Part shown: piece by piece, positions 36,482-45,738 of the stretch
Position numbering within the stretch: position 1 is the first letter of the stretch
Layout: each line of letters begins with the position of its first letter
DNA from: Candidatus Zixiibacteriota bacterium
GTDB lineage: Bacteria; Zixibacteria; MSB-5A5; GN15; FEB-12
Assembly: GCA_034003725.1 (NCBI GenBank)
Contig: JAVEYB010000003.1
Span: 49,486-113,485, forward strand
Length of the DNA stretch: 64,000 nt
Reading direction: 5' to 3'
Notes under the pieces: generated by a model
Databases searched by the model: none
Told to the model about the DNA's origin: nothing
Seen by the model: only the letters and a program-made list of their open reading frames with translations
Made by a program: the position numbers and the translations under genes

Positions 36482-36835
36482 ATGCCGCGGACGAAGAAGA
36501 GTGCCGAGGCCGAAGCCCTAGCCGACTCCGTGTCAGACGGCACTTCAGCCCAGGATGAGCAGAAGCCGAAATCAAAATTGTCGACCGCAGAAGCCCGACG
36601 CGAGTATCAGCGGCGGTATTATCAGATGCATAAGGAAAAAGCAAAAGAGTACCAGCGGCAGTATAACCTGACGCACAAGAAAAAGGCGCGCGGACGCGGA
36701 AAATCCAGTTTTTCGGCGCCCCGTGAGGTCGTGCGGTCTACTTTCAATACGTCGGACATCATGCACGCACCCGTCGAGAAGACGGTTCGCATGTTGGAGC
36801 AGATCATCCGGGGTGATCGATTCTTCACAATGTGA
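36482..36835 (+). CDS. Small lysine/arginine-rich hypothetical protein
   Basis: ATG preceded by GAGGTG; the listed ORF starts at GTG 36470. Sequence 'KPKSKLSTAEARREYQRRYYQMHKEKAKEYQRQYNLTHKKKARGRGKS'. I recognise no family. A candidate hairpin (36860-36897) follows. Confidence 0.4.
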   Translation: MPRTKKSAEAEALADSVSDGTSAQDEQKPKSKLSTAEARREYQRRYYQMHKEKAKEYQRQYNLTHKKKARGRGKSSFSAPREVVRSTFNTSDIMHAPVEKTVRMLEQIIRGDRFFTM

Positions 36836-36970
36836 GCTGGGTTGCGACAACCAGATCTGAGGCGGCCGGAATCAGGAGGTTTCGGTCGCCTTTTCTGTTG
36901 CCTCACAACGTTTTTTTCTTAGATTGTTGGGACTTTACCAGAGTTTTTAAGTCCTAACTTGGGAGAACGT

Positions 36971-39805
36971 ATGCCCGCGAAGAAAGGCGCCACTGCCAGG
37001 AAGGCATCGGCCAAACCAACAGGTAAAAAGACGGCGAAAAAGGCCGCGGCTAAGAAGCCCGCAGCCAAGAGCGCTGACACAAAGACCGCCTCAGCCGCAT
37101 CCAAAGTATCGGCTGTCAAAAAGGCATACTACTTCTTTGGCGGCGGTAAAGCCGAGGGTCGCGCCGACATGAAGGACCTGCTCGGCGGCAAGGGCGCAAA
37201 CCTCGCCGAAATGGTGAATGCGGGAGTTCCTGTCCCTCCGGGGTTCACGATCACCACGGAAGTGTGTACCGCGTACTATGAGAACGGTATGGAGGTGCCG
37301 AAGAAGATCGACGCCGAGCTGGAGTCGATGATGGCGAAGATCGAGAAAGAGACCGGCGCCAAATTCGGCGATGCCAATAACCCCCTGCTCGTATCGGTCC
37401 GCTCCGGCGCCAAGTTCTCCATGCCGGGCATGATGGACACGGTTCTCAATCTCGGATTGAACGAACAGACGGTCGAGGGCCTTGCCAAAAAGACCGGCAA
37501 TGCACGTTTCGCCCTGGACAACTACCGCCGGTTCATCCAGATGTTCGGCAACGTCGTGCTTGGCATAGACAAGGACCAGTTTGAAGAAGTCATCTCGAAG
37601 CTGAAGAAGGATCGCCGTATCAAGCAGGACAGCTCGCTTCAGGAAGGCGATCTTCGCGAGATCATCAAGAAATTCAAGGGTATCGTAAAGCGCAAATCGG
37701 GCGAGGCGTTTCCCGATGATCCGTACGTGCAGCTTCGCATGTCCCGCGACGCGGTGTTCCGTTCGTGGAACAACCCGCGTGCGATCACGTATCGCCGGCT
37801 CAACGACATTCCCGCCGATCTCGGCACCGCCGTCAACATACAGGCGATGGTGTTCGGCAACATGGGAACGACCTCGGGCACGGGAGTCGGGTTCACGCGC
37901 AATCCCTCGACCGGCGACAAGGAGTTCTACGGCGAGTACCTGACCAACGCGCAGGGTGAAGACGTGGTGGCCGGCGTGCGTACGCCGCAGCCGATTCGCG
38001 AGCTGGCGACGGATATGCCCGACATCTACAAGCAGCTCAACGCGATCACCACCAGGCTGGAGAAGCATTACCGCGACGTCCAGGATTTCGAGTTTACCGT
38101 GCAGGAAGGCAAGCTGTACATGCTGCAGACCCGCACCGGCAAGCGCACGATCCAGGCGGCAGTGAAAATCGCGGTGGACATGGTCAAGGAGAAGCTGATC
38201 ACCAAGGAAGAAGCGCTGATGCGGATCGATCCCACTCAGATCGACCACCTGTTGCATCCGCGCATCGATCCCAACGCGAAATACGACGTGATCGCCAAGG
38301 GGCTGGCGGCCTCGCCGGGCGCAGCCTCGGGTAAAGTCTATTTTACCGCCGAGGAGGCCGTCAAGCACAGCGCCAAGGGCCCCGTGATTCTCGTGCGCGA
38401 GGAGACCAATCCCGACGATATCGAAGGGATGTCGGTTGCGAAGGGTATCCTGACCGCGCGCGGCGGTATGACGTCCCATGCGGCCGTGGTCGCCCGGGGG
38501 ATGGGAAAATGCTGTGTATCGGGCGCCGAGTCGATCCGTGTCAGCGCCTCGAAAAAGCAGTTCCAGGTCGGCAAGCTCACGGTCAAGGAAGCCGAGATGA
38601 TCACCATCAACGGCTCGACCGGCGAAGTGATTCTCGGCGAGGTATCCACGATCGACCCCGAGTTTTCGCCGGAATTCAACGAGTTGATGACGTGGGCCGA
38701 TGAGATTCGCACGCTACGCGTCCGCACCAACGCCGACGTTCCGCGCGACGCCCGACAGGCGATCGAATTCGGCGCCGAGGGGATCGGCCTGTGCCGCACC
38801 GAACACATGTTTTTCGCCGAGGATCGTATCCCGATCGTGCAGGAGATGATTCTCGCCGACACGCCCGAGGACCGGCAGGCGGCGCTCGACAAGCTGCTGC
38901 CCTTCCAGAAGAGCGATTTCAAGGGGCTCTTCGAGGCGATGGACGGATTCCCGGTGACGATCCGCACGCTGGACCCGCCGCTGCACGAGTTTCTGCCGCG
39001 CCGCGACGAGATCCAGGCGAAGATCGACAAGCTCGACAAAAAGAGCGATGACTACGAAGAGGACCTCGAGCGGCTGCAGAAGACGATCAAGCGGATCGAC
39101 GAACTGCAGGAGCTCAACCCGATGCTCGGTCATCGCGGCTGCCGGCTCGGTATCGTGTATCCCGAGATCACCGAGATGCAGGTGCGCGCCATTATCGAGG
39201 CGGCCTGCGAGCTGACGAAGGCCGGCAAGAAGGTCAAACCGGAAATCATGATTCCGCTGGTCGGACACGTCAACGAGTTCAAGAACCAGAAGGAACACGT
39301 GCACCGGGTCGCGACCGAGGTGATCAACCGGTACAAGATCCGCAAGCTCGAGTACCTGGTCGGAACGATGATCGAGATCCCGCGCGCGGCTTTGACGGCC
39401 GACCAGATCGCGCAGGAAGCCGATTTCTTCAGCTTCGGGACCAACGACCTGACGCAGATGGCCATGGGCTTCTCGCGCGACGACGCCGGCAAGTTCCTTC
39501 GCTACTATGTCGATCACGGAATCCTGCCGCAGGATCCGTTCGTGTCGATTGACCGAGAGGGTGTCGGCCAGCTCGTGCGCACCGGCAAGGAACTCGGTCG
39601 CAAGGCTCGTCCCGATCTCAAGATCGGTATCTGCGGAGAGCACGGCGGGGACCCGAAGTCGATCGATTTCTGTCACGAGGTCGGTCTCGACTATGTGTCC
39701 TGTTCGCCGTTCCGTGTGCCGATCGCCCGACTGGCGGCGGCGAGAGCGGCTATCCAGCAGGGCGCCGGGTCGACCGGAAAGAAGACCGGGAAACCCAGGA
39801 AATAG
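36971..39805 (+). CDS. ppdK: Pyruvate, phosphate dikinase with ~50-aa Lys/Ala-rich N-terminal extension
   Basis: 'FFGGGKAEGRADMKDLLGGKGANLAEM', the catalytic His region 'GGMTSHAAVVARGMG', and the PEP-utiliser C-terminus 'GICGEHGGDP'. ATG with GGGAGA RBS; the listed TTG at 36959 is less likely. Confidence 0.9.
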   Translation: MPAKKGATARKASAKPTGKKTAKKAAAKKPAAKSADTKTASAASKVSAVKKAYYFFGGGKAEGRADMKDLLGGKGANLAEMVNAGVPVPPGFTITTEVCTAYYENGMEVPKKIDAELESMMAKIEKETGAKFGDANNPLLVSVRSGAKFSMPGMMDTVLNLGLNEQTVEGLAKKTGNARFALDNYRRFIQMFGNVVLGIDKDQFEEVISKLKKDRRIKQDSSLQEGDLREIIKKFKGIVKRKSGEAFPDDPYVQLRMSRDAVFRSWNNPRAITYRRLNDIPADLGTAVNIQAMVFGNMGTTSGTGVGFTRNPSTGDKEFYGEYLTNAQGEDVVAGVRTPQPIRELATDMPDIYKQLNAITTRLEKHYRDVQDFEFTVQEGKLYMLQTRTGKRTIQAAVKIAVDMVKEKLITKEEALMRIDPTQIDHLLHPRIDPNAKYDVIAKGLAASPGAASGKVYFTAEEAVKHSAKGPVILVREETNPDDIEGMSVAKGILTARGGMTSHAAVVARGMGKCCVSGAESIRVSASKKQFQVGKLTVKEAEMITINGSTGEVILGEVSTIDPEFSPEFNELMTWADEIRTLRVRTNADVPRDARQAIEFGAEGIGLCRTEHMFFAEDRIPIVQEMILADTPEDRQAALDKLLPFQKSDFKGLFEAMDGFPVTIRTLDPPLHEFLPRRDEIQAKIDKLDKKSDDYEEDLERLQKTIKRIDELQELNPMLGHRGCRLGIVYPEITEMQVRAIIEAACELTKAGKKVKPEIMIPLVGHVNEFKNQKEHVHRVATEVINRYKIRKLEYLVGTMIEIPRAALTADQIAQEADFFSFGTNDLTQMAMGFSRDDAGKFLRYYVDHGILPQDPFVSIDREGVGQLVRTGKELGRKARPDLKIGICGEHGGDPKSIDFCHEVGLDYVSCSPFRVPIARLAAARAAIQQGAGSTGKKTGKPRK

Positions 39806-39830
39806 TCCGGTCATTTGTGCGCTTATTTTT

Positions 39831-39869
39831 GCGGGCTGTCGCCGTTCGGCGGCAGCCCGCTTTGCTTTG
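39831..39869 (+). terminator. Rho-independent terminator after ppdK
   Basis: Stem gcgggctgtcgcc / ggcggcagcccgc (one G-U pair), loop gttc, then 'tttgctttg'. Confidence 0.6.
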
Positions 39870-40026
39870 GGCCGAAGCGGGATGTTTCGCTTGACTTTCA
39901 AGGGGCTTTATGTTCATTCGGTGTGACATCGCCGGCCCGGGGCGCACCGCTGCGCGATAACTCGGCCTCGCCGCCGGAAGCGTCTATGAACGGAGCAGTA
40001 CCGGCCGTACGGGCCGTTGGTCTGGT

Positions 40027-42138
40027 ATGAGACACGAACTCGATTACATTTTCAGTCCTCGTTCGGTGGCCGTGATCGGCGCATCGACCCGCAAGGGGAG
40101 CATCGGCCGCGAAACGCTGCATAACATTCTGACCGCGGAGTACAACGGCAAGGTGTTCCCGGTCAATCCGACCACGCAGGTGATCCATTCCATCAAGGCC
40201 TATTCCACCGTGCTCGATGTTCCCGACGCGGTCGATCTCGCCATCATCATCATTCCCAAGGAAGGCGTTAAAGACGTCGTCCGGCAGTGCGGTGAGAAAG
40301 GCGTGAAAGGACTCGTCATTATCACCGCCGGTTTTTCGGAGACCGGGCCTGAGGGAAAAGCACGCGAAATGGAAGTGCTGAGAGTCGTACGCGATCACCA
40401 CATGCGCATGGTCGGACCGAACTGCTTCGGCGTGGTCAACACCGATCCCTCCGTCAGCCTGAACGCAACGTTCGGCAAGACGTTTCCCAAACAGGGCAAG
40501 ATCGGCTTCATCACCCAGTCGGGCGCAATGGGTGAAGCGATCATGAGCCAGGCCAAGGAAATGGGGATCGGCTTTTCCGTGGTCGCCTCGATCGGCAACA
40601 AGGCCGACATCTCGTCGAATGACATGCTGGAGTATTTCAAAGACGACCCCAATACGGACGTCATCCTGATGTACCTCGAGAATTTCGGTAATCCGCGCAA
40701 TTTCACGCGCATCGCGCGCGAAGTATCGCAGGTGAAGCCGATCGTGGCGGTGAAATCGGGACGTACGAAGCTCGGCGCCAAGGCCGCATCGTCTCACACC
40801 GGCGCGCTGGGCGGTCTCGACGTGGGGGTCGACGCCCTGTTCGAACAAACCGGCATCATGCGAGTCGACACTGTCGAGGAGTTGTTCGACGTTGCGATGG
40901 CGCTGTCGTCGCAGCCGATTCCCCGGGGCAATCGCGTGGTGGTGGTGACCAACGCCGGAGGACCGGGGATCCTTGCGACGGACGCCCTGATCAACGAAGG
41001 CATGGAGATGCCGAATCTCACGCCGCAGACGATCAAGGAGCTTCGCACCTTCAGTTCGACTGAAGCGTCGTTTTCCAACCCGATGGACATGGTGGCGGGC
41101 GCCGGACCAAAAGAGTTCCGGCTCACGCTCGAAGCGATCAAGAAAGACAAACATTTCGATACGATCCTTCCGATATTCGTGCCGCCGGTGACGATCGATC
41201 AGGCCGAGGTGGCGCGCAATATCAGCGAGGCGCTCGAAGATACGGACAAGACCGTCCTCGCGTGCTTCATGGGGGCAGGCGGAGGGTCGGCCGGTATCGA
41301 ACATCTCAAAAACCACGGCATACCGGTTTATATTTTCCCCGAAGCGGTCGCCAAGACGCTGGCCACGATCCACAAGTACAAAGAGTGGCGGTCGCGCAAG
41401 CGCGGCAAGATCCTGACGTTTGACGTGGACACGGACCGGGTGCAGAGTATCGTGGCGCGGGCGCTGCACGGCAAGGAGGGAGCTATTGTCGGCGACGACG
41501 CGATCGATATTCTGGCCGCGTACGGTATCCCGGCGGCCTCGTATCAGTATGCGTCGACCGTGAAGGATGCAGTCGCGGCCGCCAACCGGATCGGCTATCC
41601 GGTGGTGCTCAAGATCGCCTCGCCCAAGATTCTGCACAAAACCGAGATGGGCGGCGTGAAAGTTGACCTTCGTTCCGACGCCGAAGTCCGCAGAGCCTAC
41701 ACGGAGCTCGAGACGGCGGTCGGCAAACTGAAAAAAGGGCAGTCCTTCTCCGTGGCCGTACAGCAAATGATTTCGGGCGGAGTCGAGACCGTGCTCGGCA
41801 TGACGACCGACCCGTCGTTTGGCCCGCTGATCATGTTCGGACTCGGCGGGATCTACGTGGAGATCATGAAAGACGTGGCCTTTCGCATTCACCCGCTGAC
41901 CAATCGCGGGGCGCGCGAGATGATCGAGTCCATTCGCTCGTATCCGCTGTTGACCGGGTTCCGCGGCGCGCCGCCGGTGGATCTGGCAATTATCGAAGAG
42001 ACGTTACTTCGACTTTCACAGTTGGTGAAGGATTTCGACAACTTTTTGGAGATCGATATCAATCCGTTTATTGCCTCGCCCGAGCCCGACAAGTGCAAGG
42101 CGGTGGACGCCCGGTTTATCGTACGCGGCGCACGCTAG
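40027..42138 (+). CDS. ADP-forming acetyl/acyl-CoA synthetase (fused CoA-binding, succinyl-CoA-synthetase-like and ATP-grasp domains)
   Basis: 'PRSVAVIGASTRKGSIGRE..NGKVFPVNP', 'VGPNCFGVVN', 'FITQSGAMG' and the C-terminal ATP-grasp 'GYPVVLKIASPKILHKTEMGGVKVDL'. Confidence 0.8.
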   Translation: MRHELDYIFSPRSVAVIGASTRKGSIGRETLHNILTAEYNGKVFPVNPTTQVIHSIKAYSTVLDVPDAVDLAIIIIPKEGVKDVVRQCGEKGVKGLVIITAGFSETGPEGKAREMEVLRVVRDHHMRMVGPNCFGVVNTDPSVSLNATFGKTFPKQGKIGFITQSGAMGEAIMSQAKEMGIGFSVVASIGNKADISSNDMLEYFKDDPNTDVILMYLENFGNPRNFTRIAREVSQVKPIVAVKSGRTKLGAKAASSHTGALGGLDVGVDALFEQTGIMRVDTVEELFDVAMALSSQPIPRGNRVVVVTNAGGPGILATDALINEGMEMPNLTPQTIKELRTFSSTEASFSNPMDMVAGAGPKEFRLTLEAIKKDKHFDTILPIFVPPVTIDQAEVARNISEALEDTDKTVLACFMGAGGGSAGIEHLKNHGIPVYIFPEAVAKTLATIHKYKEWRSRKRGKILTFDVDTDRVQSIVARALHGKEGAIVGDDAIDILAAYGIPAASYQYASTVKDAVAAANRIGYPVVLKIASPKILHKTEMGGVKVDLRSDAEVRRAYTELETAVGKLKKGQSFSVAVQQMISGGVETVLGMTTDPSFGPLIMFGLGGIYVEIMKDVAFRIHPLTNRGAREMIESIRSYPLLTGFRGAPPVDLAIIEETLLRLSQLVKDFDNFLEIDINPFIASPEPDKCKAVDARFIVRGAR

Positions 42139-42202
42139 CGACGGCGCCGGGTCGTTTCGGGTGTGGGGGCAAATGAAGCACGCCACGTGTTGAGACAAGC
42201 CT

Positions 42203-42931
42203 ATGCGGTATGAAATTCGCTCTATCAGTGTCTGGACCACGATCAAGGTCGGTTTCTTTCTCAATTTGATTACCGGCTTCGGGCTGGGTGTCATGTACGC
42301 ATTTTTCAGCATGGTTACGCTGGCGGTCAGCTCCGGGCTGATGGGGTATGCGATGGGATTCAGTGCGATGACGCCCGAGCAGATGCTGCTGATGCTTCCG
42401 CCGCTGTTCGCCTTTGGGAATGCGTTTTTCGGAACGCTGCTTCTGGCGTTTATCGCGCTGTTTTACAACCTGATCGCGCGGCTGCTCGGCGGCGTCGAAT
42501 TGGTTTTGGTGGCGGATACGGAGCGCTCGGTCGCGTCGGCGCCTCTGCGCCGCCCGGCCGCTGAGACGACACGATCAGCCGTGTCCGGCAGTTTGATGAC
42601 GCCTCCTCCTCCTCCTCCTCCGGTGATCGGTTCCCGCCGCGACACGGGCGAGACACGGTCCGAGGCACGTACCGCCGAGACTCCGCCTCCCTTGCGGCCG
42701 GCGATTGAGACATCGACGACCTCAGGCACGCCGGACACCGTTGAGAAACCGAACGATCCTCGCCCGGACGAAGCGACCTTCACCTGGCCCGAGCAGGTGA
42801 GCGCGATCGAGCCGGGCGACCGCGGTGCCGAGTTGTCGCAGGAGGATGTCACCGACGGTGCGGAAGCACCTCGCGAGGACGACGAAGCCGGGAATTCGGC
42901 CGACGACGAGGACAGGAAACACCACGAATGA
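42203..42931 (+). CDS. Membrane protein (DUF3566-like N-terminal TM domain) with Pro-rich, acidic disordered tail
   Basis: 'IRSISVWTTIKVGFFLNLITGFGLGVMYAFF' followed by more TM segments, then 'PPPPPPPVIGS..' and an acidic C-terminus. Its stop overlaps the gltX start (ATGA). Confidence 0.45.
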   Translation: MRYEIRSISVWTTIKVGFFLNLITGFGLGVMYAFFSMVTLAVSSGLMGYAMGFSAMTPEQMLLMLPPLFAFGNAFFGTLLLAFIALFYNLIARLLGGVELVLVADTERSVASAPLRRPAAETTRSAVSGSLMTPPPPPPPVIGSRRDTGETRSEARTAETPPPLRPAIETSTTSGTPDTVEKPNDPRPDEATFTWPEQVSAIEPGDRGAELSQEDVTDGAEAPREDDEAGNSADDEDRKHHE

Positions 42932-44382
42932 CTGAGAGCGCGCCCGTTCGAGTCCGCATAGCGCCGTCGCCTACCGGCTACCTTCATGTCGGCACGGCCC
43001 GCTCGGCGCTGTTCAATTATCTGTTCGCCCGCCACCACGGCGGCAAGTTTCTCGTTCGGATCGAAGATACCGACCTGGAACGTTCACGGGCGGAGTTTAT
43101 CGAGCCTATCCTCGACGCTCTTCGCTGGCTCGGACTGGAGTGGGACGAGCAGATCGTCTACCAGTCCCAGCGGCTGGATTTGTATCGATCGTACGTGAAC
43201 ACCATCCTGCAGTCCGGCCATGCGTACCGGTGTTTTTGTACGGTCGAAGAGCTGGAGGCGGAACGCGAACGCGCACGGGAGGCGAAACTGCCTCCGCGAT
43301 ACAGCGGACGGTGTCGGCATCTCACCGAGGCGGAAATCGAAGATCGACTCAGCGCGGGGATGCCGTTTACGGTACGTGTGAAAATCCCGGAGGGCGTGAC
43401 GACATATCGTGACATGGTTTCCGGCGAGTTGAGCCGGCACAGCGACGATATCGAGGATCTCATAATTGCCCGCTCTGACGGTTCCGCGACCTACAATTTC
43501 GCGGTGGTGATCGACGATCACGAGATGGGTATTACGCATGTGATCCGGGGCAACGACCACATCACGAATACCTTCAAGCAGATCCACATTTACCGGGCGT
43601 TCGACTGGGCGGAGCCGCAGTTCGGCCATGTGCCGCTGATTTTGCGCCCGGACAAGAAAAAGGTCTCTAAGCGGTTGGGGGATAAGGACGTAGGCGAGTA
43701 TCGCAACGACGGTATTGTCCCCGACGCCATGTTCAACTATCTGTGCCTGCTGGGCTGGAACCCGAAAACGGAGCAGGAGATCTATTCGCGCCGGGAGCTG
43801 ATTGAGCGTTTTACCGAGGACAACCTCAATCCGTCCAACGCGGTGTTCGACGAGGAGAAGTTGATCGCCTTCAATAAGGCTCACATCATGCGGATGTCGG
43901 ACCATGACCTGGCGGTCCTGGTTGCGCCTCTGCTGGTGGAGGCAGGCGTCACCACGAAGTACTGGCTGGAGACGCGCTGGGAGTATCTTCGATTAGTCAT
44001 CCGACTGCTCAAGGAGCGGGTGCGAACGCTGCACGATTTTGTCGGGCTGGGTGGATATTTCTTCAGTTTTGATTATACTTACGAGGAGACCGCGGCCGCG
44101 AAGCAGTTCGTGCCCGAGACCGCGGAGTTGCTTGCGGCACTGGCGGCCCGTTTTGAGGCGCTGGCTGAGTTCAGTCACGATACTCTCGAATCGGCGCTCA
44201 AGGGTCTGGCTGCGGAGCGGGCGGTCAAACCGGGTGTCCTGATCCACCCGACCCGCCTGGCGGTGAGTGGGATGTCGATCGGTCCCGGCCTGTACGACCT
44301 GTTACAGGCGTTAGGCAAGCCGATTGTCCTTGATCGGATGAGAAAAGCAGTGGAGTTTATAACCAGGAAGAATCCGGCCTGA
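42928..44382 (+). CDS. gltX: Glutamate--tRNA ligase
   Basis: 'RIAPSPTGYLHVGTARSALFNYLFA' (HIGH region), 'RIEDTD' and 'KVSKRLG' (KMSKS variant). Confidence 0.95.
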   Translation: MTESAPVRVRIAPSPTGYLHVGTARSALFNYLFARHHGGKFLVRIEDTDLERSRAEFIEPILDALRWLGLEWDEQIVYQSQRLDLYRSYVNTILQSGHAYRCFCTVEELEAERERAREAKLPPRYSGRCRHLTEAEIEDRLSAGMPFTVRVKIPEGVTTYRDMVSGELSRHSDDIEDLIIARSDGSATYNFAVVIDDHEMGITHVIRGNDHITNTFKQIHIYRAFDWAEPQFGHVPLILRPDKKKVSKRLGDKDVGEYRNDGIVPDAMFNYLCLLGWNPKTEQEIYSRRELIERFTEDNLNPSNAVFDEEKLIAFNKAHIMRMSDHDLAVLVAPLLVEAGVTTKYWLETRWEYLRLVIRLLKERVRTLHDFVGLGGYFFSFDYTYEETAAAKQFVPETAELLAALAARFEALAEFSHDTLESALKGLAAERAVKPGVLIHPTRLAVSGMSIGPGLYDLLQALGKPIVLDRMRKAVEFITRKNPA

Positions 44383-44398
44383 CGGCTGGTGAGGGATT

Positions 44399-44899
44399 AT
44401 GGCGACGACGAAACAACAAATCGGCGAAGTGCTGAAGCGGGCCATTAAGGGCGAAGAGGACGGCCACAAGTTTTACGATCTTCTGGCCAAAAAGGCAACC
44501 AACCCGGACGCGCGCCGCAAGCTGGAGAATCTGCGTGACGACGAAATCCGTCACAAGCAGACGCTGATGGAAATCTACGCCACGCATGTCGGCGGACCGA
44601 TGGGCGAGCTTCCGGAGCACGGGATCAACGCGCTCGCGCAGGTGTTCCGGAAGGGTCGGCTCGAGGAACGGAAGACCGAAATGGAGTTCATCAACCTCGC
44701 CATCGAGGCGGAACTGGCGGCCACCAGGTACTACCAGGCCGAGCGGGATCTGGTCGATGACCCGACTTTTCGGGAGATATTCGATCAACTCGCCGAGGAA
44801 GAGCACCTGCATTTCGAACTGCTGCAGGCGGAAAAGGACGCCCTGGGCGGAAATTACTCGTGGTTCGGATACGATGAAAGTACTCCGCTGGAACACTGA
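44399..44899 (+). CDS. Ferritin-like di-iron domain protein (rubrerythrin-family, lacking the rubredoxin domain)
   Basis: Two E..ExxH-type helices pairs: 'EEDGHKFY', 'LRDDEIRHKQ', 'IEAELAATRYY' and 'LAEEEHLHFELL'. Confidence 0.7.
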   Translation: MATTKQQIGEVLKRAIKGEEDGHKFYDLLAKKATNPDARRKLENLRDDEIRHKQTLMEIYATHVGGPMGELPEHGINALAQVFRKGRLEERKTEMEFINLAIEAELAATRYYQAERDLVDDPTFREIFDQLAEEEHLHFELLQAEKDALGGNYSWFGYDESTPLEH

Positions 44900-44939
44900 C
44901 ACCCGACGGTGAACCGGCTGCCGGAAGCAAAATAGATGT

Positions 44940-45149
44940 ATGACAGGTGACCCCATGGATCAGTGGATGTGTTCGATTTGCGGCTACGTGCATGATGATG
45001 AAGAGCCGCCGGATATGTGCCCCATTTGTGCCGCGCCGTCAAGCAAGTTTGTCGAGTACCTGCCTGATGAGGACGATGAAGACTCGTTCCGTCGCCCGGG
45101 AAAGCCGGACGATGACGACGAGTTCTATGGTGAATTCGACGAACCGTAA
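44940..45149 (+). CDS. Small rubredoxin-type zinc/iron-ribbon protein with acidic tail
   Basis: 'MCSICGYVHDDEEPPDMCPICAAPSSKF' (CxxC...CxxC), as in the C-terminal domain of rubrerythrins. ATG 44955 is an alternative start. Confidence 0.6.
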   Translation: MTGDPMDQWMCSICGYVHDDEEPPDMCPICAAPSSKFVEYLPDEDDEDSFRRPGKPDDDDEFYGEFDEP

Positions 45150-45167
45150 ACGGCGGCGAGCTCTTTC

Positions 45168-45692
45168 ATGACGACCAGCGTCAGACACGCGACAACCACG
45201 CTCGCGATCGGAGATCCGGCCCCCGATTTTTCGCTGCCGACTCACAACGAAGGCGAGCTGAATCTCGGGTGGTACCGGGCGCGCAAAAATGTCGTGCTTG
45301 CCTTTTACCCGGCCGACTGGACACCCGTCTGTGCCACGCAAATCCCGGGCTACCAGCAGATCATCGACCAGTTCGACAAGTACGACTGCCAGCTGCTGGG
45401 CATCTCGGTGGATTCGGTGCCCAGCCATATGGCCTGGGCCAGGTCGATGGGCGGTCTGTCGTTTCCGCTGATGTCGGACTTCTGGCCCCACGGCGAGATC
45501 GCCCGGCGTTACGGCGTGCTGACGGCCCGTGGATTCGCCGAACGGGCGGTCCTCCTGATCGACAAAGCGGGAATCATCCGTTATATCGAGATTGTCGATC
45601 CGGCCGTGCTGCCCGATACGAAGAAGCTGTTTGACGCCATCAAGGCGCTTCCGTCGGGACCCGAACGAACCGACGACTTTCTCCGCAAATGA
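45168..45692 (+). CDS. Peroxiredoxin (AhpC/TSA-BCP type)
   Basis: 'VVLAFYPADWTPVCATQI' (peroxidatic Cys motif) and 'LLGISVDSVPSHMAWA'. Confidence 0.85.
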   Translation: MTTSVRHATTTLAIGDPAPDFSLPTHNEGELNLGWYRARKNVVLAFYPADWTPVCATQIPGYQQIIDQFDKYDCQLLGISVDSVPSHMAWARSMGGLSFPLMSDFWPHGEIARRYGVLTARGFAERAVLLIDKAGIIRYIEIVDPAVLPDTKKLFDAIKALPSGPERTDDFLRK

Positions 45693-45738
45693 CCGGTTCC
45701 CGGGCACATCGGGCCGGTTCACGTGTTGTACTAAAGCT

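Noticed and set aside
39898-41892. 664-aa minus-strand ORF opposite the acyl-CoA synthetase gene
   Set aside because: Same artefact: Arg/His/Asp-rich sequence with no motifs, while the plus-strand frame carries clear CoA-binding and ATP-grasp signatures.
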